Of a stretch of 64,000 bases of DNA, positions 52,401-62,877 are shown piece by piece. How positions within the stretch are numbered: position 1 is the first letter of the stretch; the number at the start of each line of letters is the position of its first letter. The position numbers and the translations under genes were made by a program. A model generated the notes under the pieces. It did not search any database. It was not told the DNA's origin and was given only the letters and a program-made list of their open reading frames with translations. Source of the DNA: Gracilinanus agilis (lineage: Eukaryota); assembly GCF_016433145.1 (NCBI RefSeq), contig NC_058132.1, positions 85,812,946 through 85,876,945 of the forward strand, in the 5' to 3' direction.

Positions 52401-53008
52401 CTCCTCTTCTCCTTTCTTTCCCGACAGAGGCCTGTTGAAAGTGGCTGAGGTAGCCAGCCGGTTTGTGGATATGAGGGGTTTCTTGGGAGCTTTAGCTCAG
52501 TTGGGCTTCAAGCTTGTCTCCAAGGTAAGAGGGGTGCCCACTTTCTCCCAGCCCCTTCCCCTTGCCCCCCAAAAACTCATGCAAAAGCACTGGGGATGGA
52601 CTTTGTCCGTGTCCATCCTGACCCCTTGTCCCATGGGATAGAATTGTGGATGGGGAAAGTGTGTGAGAGGATAGTATTCACTGACTCAGTTGCCCAGCCC
52701 CTTTGTAGAAATTAGAGGAGATAGTGGGCCCCTGAGGATTTGGCAGCTAAGGAAGACAGCCCCTCATGGAAGTGATCAGTAATGATCCTTTCCCATCCTG
52801 TCCCCTTCCATCCGATCCCAACAGAGGGGGATATGGAGAAGCCCAAAGAAGAAGTTAATTCCTAGTTCCCTAGCTGTGGCTCCTCTCCTTCTAGGATCTG
52901 AGCAACAGCTACTTCTACCTGTTAAACTTCCACAAGATAGGGCCTCCCAAGGCTCAGGGTCCCCTTCGAGGCCTGACTTTGAGGCCATGTCTGTACAAGC
53001 GCCGATGA
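43449..53008 (+). CDS. RRP8: Ribosomal RNA-processing protein 8 (nucleomethylin, SAM-dependent rRNA methyltransferase), 7 exons, 424 aa
   Basis: Exons 43449-43547, 47459-47681, 48393-48897, 49170-49299, 49739-49845, 52428-52524, 52895-53008; total 1275 nt. MFEEPEWAE start, [44 protein letters not shown] (SAM motif I), [16 protein letters not shown]. Confidence 0.96.
44100..45300 (-). mobile_element. L2 LINE remnant in RRP8 intron 1
   Basis: Purine-rich antisense L2 texture (cagtagtccaagggagcaatgatgagaacctgaattaggtagtgg). Approximate. Confidence 0.5.
47900..48230 (+). mobile_element. L3/CR1 LINE remnant in RRP8 intron 2
   Basis: ORF 47819-48013 contains [23 protein letters not shown], matching the CR1 RT C-terminal motif ([21 protein letters not shown]). 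Confidence 0.75.
48230..48371 (+). repeat. 142-bp dispersed duplication, copy B (RRP8 intron 2)
   Basis: 136/142 identical to 25157-25298; ends 21 bp before RRP8 exon 3. Confidence 0.95.
50515..51130 (-). mobile_element. L1 3' fragment (ORF2 C-terminus, 3' UTR and tail)
   Basis: ORF 50870-51091 [22 protein letters not shown] is the L1 ORF2 C-terminal Cys-rich region. Confidence 0.88.
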
Positions 53009-53436
53009 CCCAATCTGGCTTCTTGATTCCTCTGCCCTGCCTGAGGCGTCAGGACTGAGCTTCAGCCACAACCCAGCTGTGAGGGCCCCTTGACAGTTCG
53101 GGAGCTTGTGCCCAGGAATGTTGTGATGGGATGTGGACCAGGGCAGCAGGCAAGCATTTGGAGTGAAGACTGAGCCAAATCATGAAAGACCTTGGCAACA
53201 GGGTGGGGAGTTTTCAGAGGGAAACCATAAATGTAAGTTCAAACCCTGACTGGGGCCATGGTGACCTGTGGGACTGGGCAACTTCATCATCTCCCTGGGA
53301 CTCCCACTCCTATGAAATATGAAATGGGCCATAGGTGAGGTCACACAAGGAGAGACCAGCCAGGTTCTAACTATAAAAGTGGGGGAGAGGGAGATGCATG
53401 CCAGCCCCTACCCAGCTTTCCATAGGTCACTGAAGA

Positions 53437-53442
53437 AATAAA
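53437..53442 (+). terminator. Probable RRP8 poly(A) signal
   Basis: AATAAA ~430 nt after the stop codon. Confidence 0.6.
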
Positions 53443-56400
53443 CTATGGTGGAGTTTGACTCCTGACTCATTTTGTGGCCACTGTCCTACTTCTTTCATGG
53501 CTCCCTTAAGATCCATGGTTTCAGCAAGTTTCAAACTGGGATGAAAGAGAGAATTAGTCCCTGGTGCAACGGCTAGTGTGAGTGAGATAAGAGGCCACTT
53601 TGTGGGCTAAATGAACAGGAAGTGTATGGGGAAGGTCCCTGACCCGCATCCCTGACCAAGAGTAAAAATAGCTGACCCAGAATCTGGAGAACTCTCAAGA
53701 GGGCACTAGGCCCAGTCAGAGGTGTGCTGTCACATCTCAGAGTATATTTTATAAATAGAAGAGGCAGAATCCAAGAACACTGTAGGTGCTTTAAAAAATT
53801 GTGCTGATTCCTTTTTTTTTTATATCACAATAATTTCTGACTATATCCCACTCCCTAACTTCTAGCAAAGGGATTAAGTAAAATCCACCATCACTTAAGG
53901 CACTCTGCCAACATTTCCATTTTTTGTAGCTACCCCCTTTCTACCAAAAGGAAAAAGGTATACCTCATCTAAATGTTTTCTTTTAATAATAGCTATTACA
54001 TTCATGTGTCACATTTTTTTAGTTATTACCTTATCAGTGAGCAAAGGCAGGTAGGTGGCATAGTGACTAGACTGCAGTGCCTAGAGTCAGAAAGACCCGA
54101 GTTCAAATTTGGCCTCATACATTACCTGTGGGACCCTGGACAAGTCTCTTACTCCTTACTTACCGCAGTTTCCTCATCTATAAAATAAGCTGGAGAAGGA
54201 AATAGCAAACCTCTCCAGGATCTTTGCCAAGAAAATCCGAAATGGGGTCACGAAGAGACAGACATGACTGAAGTGATTCAACAACAGTGGATACACACTT
54301 TGGTTTCAGTGTTTTGCTCCTACAGTAAAAGCCATGAATATTTTGGTATGCACAGATCCTTTCTATCTTTGAATTCCTTGGGGTAGATTCCTAGCAGTTG
54401 GTCCATTGGGTCAAAGGACATAAACAGTTGAGTTATTTGGGGGCATATGTCAACATTATTTTCTAGATTGGCTGAGCCTGGTCACAACTCCACTATCAGC
54501 AGTGCGCTTGTCTTCCTGCAGCCTTTCAGGATTCACTGTCTCCATCGTCGGTTACCATTGCATGAGGTGAAGCCTCAGAGCAGTCAGCATTTTCCTCTCT
54601 TTCATTGGCAATGGCTTAGAGCAGTGATGGAGAACCTTTTAGAGACTGTGTGCTGTGCCCAGCTGCAGCCCTAACTCCCCCTCCCCTGCCACTGCCTTAC
54701 CCCATACAGGGGAGGTAGAAAGCTCTCCCATTGGGCTGCTGGGCAAAGGGGCGCGTGAAGGGAGGAATGTCCCCGGTGCTCCTCTCCCCTGCAGCTCTGC
54801 CCCATGTGAGCCCCACACCTTACCCCAGAGAGAGGAAGCATTCCCATTGGGTTGCTGGGCAGAGGGATGGGGAGGTGTGGTGGAGAGGGGAAGGGAAGCA
54901 GCTCCGCCAAATCTCTGCCTTTCTAATAACGAACTCTGGTGGGTGACAGCACAGCGTGCCCTTTCTGGTACACATGCCATAGGTTCACCATCACAGGCTT
55001 AGGGCATTATTCATGTGGTTGTTAATAGTCTACCTTTTTTCTTTTTACCACTTATCTGTTTGGTAACAGAGTTGGCTTTTTGTGTCTAAATCTATATTGC
55101 TTGTTTCCCAGAACTGTTCATAATCCTGGTTTAAGGGTTCCTTCCTCACTCGGGCCCAAGCCACTCCAGATTCTGTTCCTTTTGCCCTGATGGTGCCAGC
55201 AGGAATGTCTTTTGGGCATGGTGTTCTTTCTCTACTCGGTATGAAAGGGGTGGATAAAGACATGACTGGGCTTCCTGATAGGATATTTTTAGGATATTTA
55301 GCCCAGGCCCAGTGGTTTTAGAGGAAGCTGTCAAAGAAAGGACTGCCAGTTATGATTTTTCCCTGCCCCTTTCTGGGGCTTCCTCACAAAACCATGCCAA
55401 GGACAAGAGTCTCTTAGCACTTCTCTTTGCTGTACATGTACCCAGGAGAACATAATTGGCTCCAATTTTCACCTTAATATAAATGATTTAGTCTATTATG
55501 CACAGAGATCTACTCTGGTTAACAGGCAACTAGGAAAGCATTTGGATTTTCTAGTGGTCTGTGCCATTGAGGGATATTGGAGGTGGAGAAGGGGCAGGGA
55601 TGAATGGATACTATGAAAAGGAATGATGACAACAGACCTTGGAGTAGTGTTGGAGTGGGAAGTGATCCTGTGATAACCCCACTCCTAATGTACTCTATTT
55701 CCTTTGGTGAGGTTGTTGGCCTTTGGTTGGGTTGAGTTGGGTAGCCTGTCTCTTCATTTCCATGCCTGCTCTGACAGGGGACAGACTCCCCCAGAGCCTA
55801 GGAAGGTCATCAGTGGCTCAGAGAAGGCTTGTAACAAATCCACTACCCATAGCTGTAACAATGGATTGTTAGATAGTATGAGAACACAAATCACAAACTG
55901 GACCACTTTGCAGCAACAAGGTGTGAAGAAGTCATGGTATAGGCATATGGTCAGATGGAAAGCCTCTTCTACCCTCTGAAGGCTGGAAATTAGGCAGGAA
56001 AATGCAATAGGAGATGAAAAATCAAACCTGTACTGAATAAGGAAATACCAGTGCCCATCAGCTTTCTTTTTCCTTTTGTCTAAAGGGACAGGCACAGCTG
56101 GAGATGAAAGTTGTGAGGTCAAAGGGAAGGTTGTTTGATCTATGAATCAGAAGTTTTACATAGCATGGAGATCGGGCTGACAGCAGATGATAGAAGTTGC
56201 CTATACAGTGATACCTCAGTTTTCATCCATAATCCCTCTGAAAACCACAAAATCCAAACTCAACGAAAATTGAGGCAATTACTTTCATTTGAGTCAATAG
56301 AAATCCAATTAACTCATTCTAGACACTCCAAAATACATACCAAAATAGATTTCATAGAAAATAAATATAGTGTTTAATACTAAAAAATAAGAAATTAATA

Positions 56401-56467
56401 TAGAATAAATATAAAAAGACTAATGTAAAGAATAAACGAGCACCTGAGTGGAACCCAGACCATCAGG

Positions 56468-56650
56468 ACGCACTATGAGGCTGCCTGCCTTTTGGCTGTC
56501 CTCAGCAGCAGTGACTCCCCCAACTCCTAGGACCTGAAGAAGATCCTAGACATAAGCTGGCCTCCATGCCGGGAAGGGCGGGGGGGGGGGGGGAGACACT
56601 TGTTGCTATCAGAAGAGTCCGATGATGACATGGGCTTTGGGCTCTTTGAC
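56468..56650 (+). pseudogene. RPLP2: Processed, internally deleted pseudogene of 60S acidic ribosomal protein P2
   Basis: Translates as THYEAACLLAVLSSSDSPNS*DLKKILD (cf. MRYVASYLLAALGGNSSPSAKDIKKILD), then after a frameshift KLASMPG, then SEESDDDMGFGLFD (56609-56650; identical to the P-protein C-terminus). Start codon is ACG, there is an in-frame TAG at 56528-56530, and no introns. Confidence 0.88.
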
Positions 56651-58624
56651 AGCATCCATCCAGATCCTTGAATGCAATTGTTTGGCTAGCCTCAGGATGA
56701 TGCTTACACAAAGAAACAATGCTGCACTGAACAGGAGAATGTGTGGGTTGCTCTTTGTTTTTGCAAAATTAGTGGGCAGGTCAACAAAATCTGAGGCGAC
56801 AGAGGAAAACCAAGACCAACAATAACTGATGTGTCAATAAAAACCGAGATGTCACTGTACTGGCACAAATAGAAGGTGGCACTACCTATGCATGTGTGAC
56901 CCAATGGGCTAAATGATTTGAAGGCCAGAGCCTTACTGACTGTAGAATCAACCATTACTGAATCTTCCCTTTCCCTTCTCCCCACAAGCTAGTCAGTTAA
57001 TAGGAACCTTAGAGACCATCTCATCCAATTTATAACTGAAGGGCAATCTATAGTCCCAATAAGTGGTCTGTCCAGCCTCTGGCTAAAGACTAGGAATGAG
57101 GAATCCACCACTTAGTTCTACTTCCAAGGGCCAATTCAAACAATTTTAATCCTTTTGCTATAGGTCAGCCTTTCTAATGCTAGAAATCTTCTATCACATG
57201 GTCTTTGATCCTTTCTGAGAAGCTAAAAATCATTACTTTGACCAATCCCCATCTTGTGGTTGCTAATCCTTCCCACCCTTCAAATCATCTTGGTCTCAGC
57301 CTTCTGAATTACAACTTATCCTTTTCATTATTAAAATATGGCACAGAAAACACAAATATTAATCTTTTTGGTTTCCATGTCACACTGTTAACACAAAATT
57401 AACAATTTTTTGTATGTGTAGTCCACTTAAATCTGACTTATCTAAATCTATTCTATACTTATGTAGTTGGCTATTTTATTTTAAACTTGTGTAGGACCTT
57501 ATAGTTATTCTTAATAAATTATTTTAAAAATTTGAGTCCAAGAATGAGAAGAAGTAGCCTGGTGATCAAACCATAAACTTGAATTTAAAAGACCATGCAA
57601 TGCAAATGTTTAATCAGTTTCAAATAGCATGCCTTTTGCTGTTGAAAAATCTTGCCCATGTGTGCATTTCTCAGCTTAAATATAAATCTTTAAGGGTTTG
57701 GGAAGGACACCTTAGAGCCAATGTTTGTCTTCCTCTGAACACTGCAACAGTATTAAGACCATACTAAGTGTTCCATAATTTGAAGGCCTCTAATTTTGAT
57801 ATTTAAAGGTGTGGTTATTGGATTCTTGAGATTCTCTAGTTTTATAATCTATACCAGTAAAGAGTTCTCTGAATGATGTAACGCACAAATCCTAGCAGAG
57901 AGTTTCATTCCAAGAAAAGATCATGTATGAAAAAAGTGCTTTGTAGAGAGAGGAAGTGGTGTTAGATTGTGGTTTTCTGTATGTGTGCAAAGAGCCAATA
58001 CAGCTAAGAACTAGAGAAGTAAGAAGTCCTCTAAAGTGTACCTGGGACTTTTTCTGCCATTAGAACCTCTGAGAAAAGGGCTACACTTGGCTTATAGTAT
58101 ATGCAGGCAAAGCTTAAAACTGTACTAAGACTTTTGGAAAATCTATGTAGAAGTAGAGGGGCCTCTCGTATAATATCCCTAATTTTACAATTAAAGAATC
58201 TGAGGTCCAGAGGAGGGGGTGGACTTAACAAAGGTCAAAGAATTTGAACTCATGACCCCCGACTTCCAATCCAGCACTTTTATATGCATTATTCTGTGTT
58301 CTATAGATGCCCTACGAAGAATGTAATGTTAGTGGATCATGTGATGGGGGCTGATGGCTAGAGTGCTAAAGCCAGTGCCCACTGACAGGCATCCCAGATC
58401 GGCTGAGGGTCTGCTACTTATTGTAGCCTGACCAGATTAAGCCAGACAAATTGAAAGGTAAATTGAGTCTTGCTAAACCAGAAGGAAGGCTTGTCCTTTG
58501 TAAAATTAAGGATAGGGACTAGACATATGATTTCATTAGTATAGAAGTTTCCAGGTGAGAAACACCCTCCCATCAATTCAGGTCAGCACCTTCTATGCAC
58601 CTTAGAGTTATGAGAGTTTCTGAG

Positions 58625-58717
58625 GGGGGCAGCTAGATAGGTGGCTCAGTGGATTGAGAACCAGGCCCAGAGATGGGAGGTCTTGGGTTCAAATATGATC
58701 CCAGATACTTCCTAGCT
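58625..58717 (+). mobile_element. 5' half of a SINE1_Mdo-like SINE
   Basis: ggcagctagataggtggctcagtggattgagaaccaggcccagagatgggaggtcttgggttcaaat; truncated after cttcctagct. Confidence 0.75.
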
Positions 58718-58845
58718 AGTTTCTGAGGATACTTGGAGGTTAAGTGACTTATCCAAGGTTAAGTCCAAGCCAGGATGTGCCAAGCTTTGAGGCCAGCTCG
58801 TCACTCTCCATTAAAAAAGAGGGTATATTGGCTTAGACTCTAAGC

Positions 58846-58979
58846 CAGTGGTTCCCAAACTTTTTTGGCCTGCCACCCCCTTTCCAGAAAAAATATTACT
58901 TAGCTCCCTGGAAATTAATTTTTAAAAAAAATTTAATAGCAATTAATAAGAAAGATAAATGCACCTGTGGCCATCACTG
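58846..58979. mobile_element. Non-autonomous hAT (Charlie/MER5-like) element, 134 bp
   Basis: Starts CAGTGGTTCCCAAACTTTTTT and ends CACTG; perfect 8-bp TSD CTCTAAGC at 58838-58845 and 58980-58987. The right TIR is reduced to 5 bp. Confidence 0.85.
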
Positions 58980-58999
58980 CTCTAAGCCAATATATCCTT

Positions 59000-59198
59000 T
59001 TTTTTTTTTTAACCCTTAACTTTTATGTTAGAATCAATACTGTGTTTTGGTTCCAAGGAAAAGAGCAGTAAGGGTAAGCAATAGGGTCAAATGACTTGCC
59101 CAGGGTCACCCAGCTAGGAAGTGTCTGAGGCTGGATTTGAACCCAGAACCTCCTGTCTCTAGGCCTGGCTCTCAATCCATTGAGCTACCCAGCTGCCC
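59000..59198 (-). mobile_element. Full-length tRNA-derived SINE (SINE1_Mdo-like)
   Basis: Minus strand begins GGGCAGCTGGGTAGCTCAATGGATTGAGAGCCAGGCCTAGAGAC, has a CORE-like body and an A tail; 13-bp TSD CCAATATATCCTT at 58987-58999 and 59200-59212. Confidence 0.88.
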
Positions 59199-59561
59199 AC
59201 CAATATATCCTTCTTGAACATCTAGAGATCTCTAGTTAGATGAAAGGGGTTTTAGGAAGAAAACGTGTCGGACATAGAGCTAGTCTATGATGCAATGATG
59301 CGGGGATATGCAGACAGACTGGAAAATGTTGAGTTAGGTTCCACCCCAGGACTGGTGGGACCTTGGAGCCGGAGGACACTCTTTGGTTCCCACTCTACAC
59401 CTCACTACACTTACTCCCTTCCCTACGCTGGCCTGAAGGACTAAAGAACTGTTCCCAGATGAGGGAAAGAGGCTGGCTGTGCGGCCACTCGCTCTTTTCC
59501 CTCTGCCTCAGTGGCTGCCTGCCCAGATACACACTCACAGAGACACGTGCCTTCAGCTGCC

Positions 59562-59567
59562 TTTATT
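59562..59567 (-). terminator. Probable DNHD1 poly(A) signal
   Basis: TTTATT on plus (AATAAA on minus), 12 nt after the TGA. Confidence 0.65.
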
Positions 59568-59579
59568 CCAGATGTGGGC

Positions 59580-62500
59580 TCAGCGTATCGGGGGGCTGCA
59601 CACGTACACCCTGCGCTGGGCACAGGTGGCGGGAGACAGCTTGGTGGGCAGGGACAGGTGGAACAGGAGGTGGTCTCTGTCTAGCCGGGAAGAGCCCAGG
59701 ACCCCTCCTAGGTACACAGGGCAGAGGTAAAGAGGCAGAGGAGAGGATGGCAATATGGGATCACGGTTGTACTGGGGCCAGACGCTGACTGGGGGCAGAG
59801 GGCTGGGCTTGCCGGAGTGGCCGTCTTGCAGGGCCTTGTCCTTGGGGTCCCATTCGGCGTGGTAGACCAGCAGGTCTGTTATTAGAAGGCCGCCCTCAGG
59901 AGCTATAGGCTGCAGTCCACATTCCACCTGGGGACCCAGTCATCATGGTTAGGACCGGGGGGCATCAGGGCAAGGGCAGAGCCCCCAAGGGACCAGGCTT
60001 ATGGACACACTCTCCCTCCAGGAGAGGGGATGGGGCATGTGATGCCTACCTGAAAGTGAAGGCTGATGGCTTCAATCCCTTGGCGAGCCTGGCCCGTGCT
60101 GAAGCTGGAGGGAGGGAAATGGCCCAAGCCAAGTCCCGGGGTGGTGCTCCCACCAAAGCTCTGACTAAGGCCCAGGCGGCTATAGAAGCAGTGACTGTAT
60201 ATGGAGGAACTGCTAGGACTGAGTCCAAGGCCTCCATCAGAATCGAAGGCAGGGCCTCCATCAGAATCGAGGGCAGGGCCTCCACTGGGGCCAGGACCAG
60301 GGCCGGGTCGAGACCCCACCAGGGGGCTGGGTGCATGGCCAATTCTGGAGCCATTGTGGGGGGTGGGACCAGCCCTGAATTGGGGGCCTGCACTGGGCCT
60401 GAATCCAGGATCTGCACTGGGGCTGCGGCTGTGTCCAGGACCGAGTTGGGGGCCTGTGCTGGGCCTGAATCCAGGATCTGCACTGGGGCTGCGGCTGTGT
60501 CCAGGACCAAGTTGGGGGCCTGTGCTGGGCCTGAATCCAGGATCTTCACTGGGGCTGTGGCTGTCTCCAGGACTGAATTGGGGGCCTGTGCTGGGCCAGG
60601 GTCCAGGACCTGCACTGGGGCTACGGCTGTGTCTAGGACCAAGTTGGGGGCCTGTGCTGGGCCAGGGTCCTGGACCTGCACTGGGGCTGCGGCTGTATCT
60701 AGGACCGAGTTGGGGGCCTGTGCTGGGCCAGGGTCCAGGATCTTCACTGGGGCTGCGGCTGGGTCCAGGACCGAGGTGGGGTCCTATGCTGGGCCAGGGT
60801 CCAGGATCTGCACTGGGGCTGCGGCTGTGTCCAGGACTGAATTGGGGACCTGTTCTGGGCCAGGGTCCAGGATCTGCACTGGGGCTGCGGCTGTGTCCAG
60901 GACTGAATTGGGGGCCTGTTCTGGGCCAGGGTCCAGGATCTGCACTGGGGCTGCGGCTGTGTCCAGGACTGAATTGGGGGCCTGTTCTGGGGCTGTGGCT
61001 GGATCCAGGACTGAGTTGGGGGCCTGAACTGGGGCTGGATCCAGGTCCAGGACTGAATTGGGAGCCTATTCTGGGCCAGCGTCCAGGGTCTGCACTGGGG
61101 CTGCGGCTGGGTCCAGGACTGAGTTGGGGGCCTATTCTGGGGCTGTGGCTGGATCCAGGACTGAGTTGGGAGCCTGAACTGGGGCTGGGTCCAGGTCCAG
61201 GACTGAATTGGGAGCCTATTCTGGGCCAGCGTCCAGGGTCTGCACTGGGGCTGTGGCTGGATCCAGGACTGAGTTGGGGGCCTGAACTGGGGCTGGGTCC
61301 AGGTCCAGGACTGAATTGGGAGCCTATTCTGGGCCAGCGTCCAGGATCTGCACTGGGGCTGCGGCTGGGTCCAGGACTGAGTTGGGGGCTGGGGCTGAGT
61401 CTAGTACTGAGTTGGGGGCCTATGCCAGGCCAGGGTCCAGGGTCTGCACTGGGGCTGAGGCTGGGTCCAGGACTGAATTGGGGGCCTGCACTGGGGCTGT
61501 GGCTGGGTCTGGTACTGAGATGGAGTCCTATGCTGGGCCAGCGTCCAGGATCTGCACTGGGGCTGCGGCTGGGTCCAGGACTGAATTGGGGGCCTATGCT
61601 GGGCCAGGGTCCAAAACTGAGTTGGGGGCCTACACTGGGGCTGGGGCCAAGTCTGGTACTGAGTTGGGGGCCTGCATTGGGGCTGGGTCCGGGTCCAGGA
61701 CTAAGTTGGGGGCCTGCACTGGGGCTGGGTCCGGGTCCAGGACTAAGTTGGGGGCCTGCACTGGGGCTGGGTCCAGAACTGAGTTGGGGCCCTGCACTGG
61801 GGCTGGGTCCAGGTCCAGGACTGAGTTGGGGGCCTGCCCTGGGGCTGGGTCCAGGACTGAGTTGGGGGTCTGCACTGTGGCTGGGTCCAGGTCCAGGACT
61901 GAGTTGGGGGCCTGCCCTGGGGCTGGGTCCAGGACTGAGTTGGGGGTCTGCACTGTGGCTGGGTCCAGGTCCAGGACTGAGTTGGGGGCCTGCATTGGCA
62001 GAGCCTTGTCTGGGGGATGGTTTAGGAGAGGCGGAGATGTAGCTAGGGCGCAACTGGAAACGAGGGTGGACACCAGGGACGGTGGCTGGGCAGACCCGAG
62101 GTTGGTGAGGGCCAGAGATGGCGTGTGTGCTTAGATTTCCAGTAAGGAAGGGACAGATCCAATTCTGGCTGGCCTCCCAGCGAATGGCCAGCAGTAACCC
62201 TCTGGGGTGACGGAAGGCCGACAGGTGAAAGGAGCGGTTGTACTGGTCAAGCCCTGCCCCTCCGAACTGCCCACACAGACTTAGGTATCTGGTTAGCAAC
62301 TGGCCCTTGCGCCATAGCTGGTGCAGCCAGAGCCAGGGTGGCTGGGGCCCAGCGGATGCGTGCTGCTTCCATGGTGGAGGGAGCCGGCCAGCCCAAAGAG
62401 CCACAGCCACTTTTTCACATCGTAGGGAGGAACAAGGAAGGTCCCCTGCCAGCCGCCTCTGCAGGCAGCAAAGGTCACTGTGCAGCTCTAGCAACAGCAA

Positions 62501-62877
62501 ACCCAGGGCTGTGCCCTCCTCCTCCAAGAAGCCTTCCACAGTCTGCAGCCCTTTAGAAGTGTTCCAACCTAGAGTCTTGCTATGGGAGCTCAAAGTCAGC
62601 ATGGCCTGCAGTGCTTTGAGCCTCCGGATGGCCTGGGACACTCGATGCTTCAGTCGATACTCTACCTTATGAAGGGCCTGGGCCTGGGCACTGGGCAGTC
62701 TTAAGGGTCCCCAGAGATCCTGGGCCTGCTGCAGAGAAGCCCAAAGGGACCGACTCTGTTTCTGAGAGAGCCAAGCCTGGGGCCCTTCAGTTAATCCACA
62801 GTTGCGAGGTTCAGATAGTGTAGTTATCAGGTGTGCTTGGGTCTCTATCTCTGATATTGCATCCAACTCCAGCAGCT
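59580..62877 (-). CDS. DNHD1: Dynein heavy chain domain 1, last two exons (60050-62877 and 59580-59927); upstream exons are beyond the window
   Basis: Acceptor ...tcaatcctctag at 62878. Conserved LWAGRLPPPW, PQPPWLWLHQLWRKGQLL, FHLSAFRHPRGLLLA. Donor LHFQ|gtaggc at 60050/60049, 122-bp intron, acceptor cag|GTG at 59927, then HAEWDP ... LYLCPVY ... LPTKLSPATCAQRRVYVCSPP. Phases agree (2828 = 2 + 942 x 3). Synteny next to RRP8 supports the call. Confidence 0.92.
60372..61996 (-). repeat. Coding mosaic minisatellite inside the penultimate DNHD1 exon (36/42/66-bp units; 78/108/150-bp higher-order units)
   Basis: Periods read directly: 66 bp (nine consecutive units at 60395-60988), 78 bp (61831 vs 61909), 108 bp (61213 vs 61321), 150 bp (61063 vs 61213). 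It encodes xGPQ(L/F)SPG...SPS(ADPGPWP) repeats. Confidence 0.97.

Noticed and set aside
60372-61996. Regularly spaced repeats suggestive of a CRISPR-like array
   Set aside because: No unique spacers; the units are contiguous, codon-phased and inside a eukaryotic exon.
59945-62134. Long plus-strand ORFs (613, 360 and 272 aa) and extra minus-strand ORFs over the DNHD1 repeat
   Set aside because: Shadow frames of a stop-poor GC-rich repeat. Only the DNHD1 frame has homologous flanks and in-phase splice sites. The in-register antisense frame is broken by TGA at 61025-61027.
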